In this document: positions 62,681 through 64,000 of the stretch, piece after piece | How the letters are laid out: each line of letters opens with the position of its first letter | Numbering within the stretch: the stretch's first letter is position 1 | Source of the DNA: Vicugna vicugna | Lineage: Eukaryota | DNA length: 64,000 bases | Assembly: GCA_013265495.1 (NCBI GenBank) | Contig: MU062559.1 | Span: 6,346,577-6,410,576, forward strand | Direction: 5' to 3' | The notes under the pieces: generated by a model | Databases searched by the model: none | What the model was told of the DNA's origin: nothing | What the model saw: the letters and a program-made list of their open reading frames with translations, nothing else | Translations under genes and position numbers: made by a program

Positions 62681-64000
62681 TTCCGGGGATATTCCTGTTC
62701 ACCTTCCCTGTCCTCTCTCATTAAAGTTTTGCCTCTACTGAAACAGGCAGTTGATATTCCCATTAGGATTGGCTGGAGAAGGGATATTACAGAGAAAGAA
62801 GGAAATGAGGTACTTTCTTCAAAGGCATTCAGGGCAGAAGGACAGACACATGGCCAAACCTTCAGTTCATCATGCACCTACCGAACACCATTTATCAAAT
62901 TCCAGACATCCAGAAGCCTTCCTCATTGCCTCTCTTGTCATGAGGCAGCTCTAAAAGGGGACTTATAATCAAAGAGAAAAAAAAATGCCAAAGGGAAGTC
63001 TCATTTTCTAGTCTTGTTTCTTGTGACTAGGGAACTGGTTCATTACAAGTCACCTGCTGGGATCCACATGGGAACCCCCTGTCAGGTGCTGCCACCTCCT
63101 AGGTCATTTGTACTTTTGAGTTCCACCCCTGGTGACCGACCTTCTACTCCCCACCACCCCAAACCCAAACCTGTCTTGGTCCACAACTCCTCCCACATAC
63201 CACTGTCCTACACCCAGTCACCTGGAAATATAAAAAGGGTTGGGGGGATGTCAGTGAATTAGAAGCCTCCAAATATCTGATACGAGACTCTTTAGATACG
63301 AGACCGAAACTTCAAATGATTATTCTCTTCTCATTCAGGCACTTGGTTTCCAGGCACTAACTGGACCCCTGCTATGCATGGCCAATAGGACAACTTCCTG
63401 AATTGTGCCCTCAGCATGACCCAGATACCCCAGAGCTAAGAAAGTAATGCAAAATAAGGAAATGTAATATCAAGGTCATAGCACAGGACACACACTCCGT
63501 GTCCACTGGTGCTTTTAAATAAAAATGTGAAGAATGGGCCAAGTGATTTGCAAATTCGTGCCTCAGTATCTCTTTAGACAGGATACTAAGTAAAAGGTGA
63601 CACCCAGCACAAGTGAAAATATACCAAAAATAAAGATTGAAGGTAAACCGCTGCTGTTTTAAGAGAAGGAAATGTATGGAGCTCGTTAAATGCTAGACGA
63701 GGGAAAAGGATGCTTTTGAACAAATGTAGGCTGCCCGGGGAATCCTGGCTTCCCTGTTAACTCTGGACAAGAACTGACTGTGACTGCCCCAAGACTGAAA
63801 TAAGGATGCACAGGAGGCGGCCACAGCAGCAGGCTGAGGGACCTTGAACAGTCTCAGTCTGATGCTCTAAGGTCACCTGCTCACCAGCCAAACCTAAGCC
63901 AGGTGCTCAAAGGACTAAAGGGCAAGAGCTTTCAGGAGGCGCTGACCTGTTAGCTACAGCTGACTCTGCCCAGCCCCACCTGCTATCCCATCTGACCGAG

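Overview
Mammalian genomic DNA, most likely a camelid (Camelus/Vicugna/Lama), because it carries two copies of the camelid-type tRNA-derived SINE Vic-1. It comes from a gapped, probably short-read assembly with four N runs. I can support no protein-coding exon: the ORF-track entries look like chance ORFs in non-coding DNA. The window reads as the inside of one or more long introns of a large gene, probably on the minus strand. It holds a few isolated candidate exons that look non-coding (best: 114 nt at 28806-28919; weaker: 34 nt at 60700-60733 and a CpG-rich ~215 nt at 7094-7308). There are many ancient repeats (MIR, L2, L3/CR1, hAT MITEs, an L1M 3' end) and several motif-dense, repeat-free segments that look like enhancers. 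The clearest structural anomaly is a near-perfect head-to-tail duplication of ~2.8 kb (30057-32832 / 32833-35629). It is either a very young CNV or two alleles assembled in tandem. I could not identify the host gene and give no symbol. I found no convincing novel multi-gene system; the findings are structural and regulatory hypotheses. Repeat family names come from recalled consensus sequences, not a database search, and repeat boundaries are approximate.
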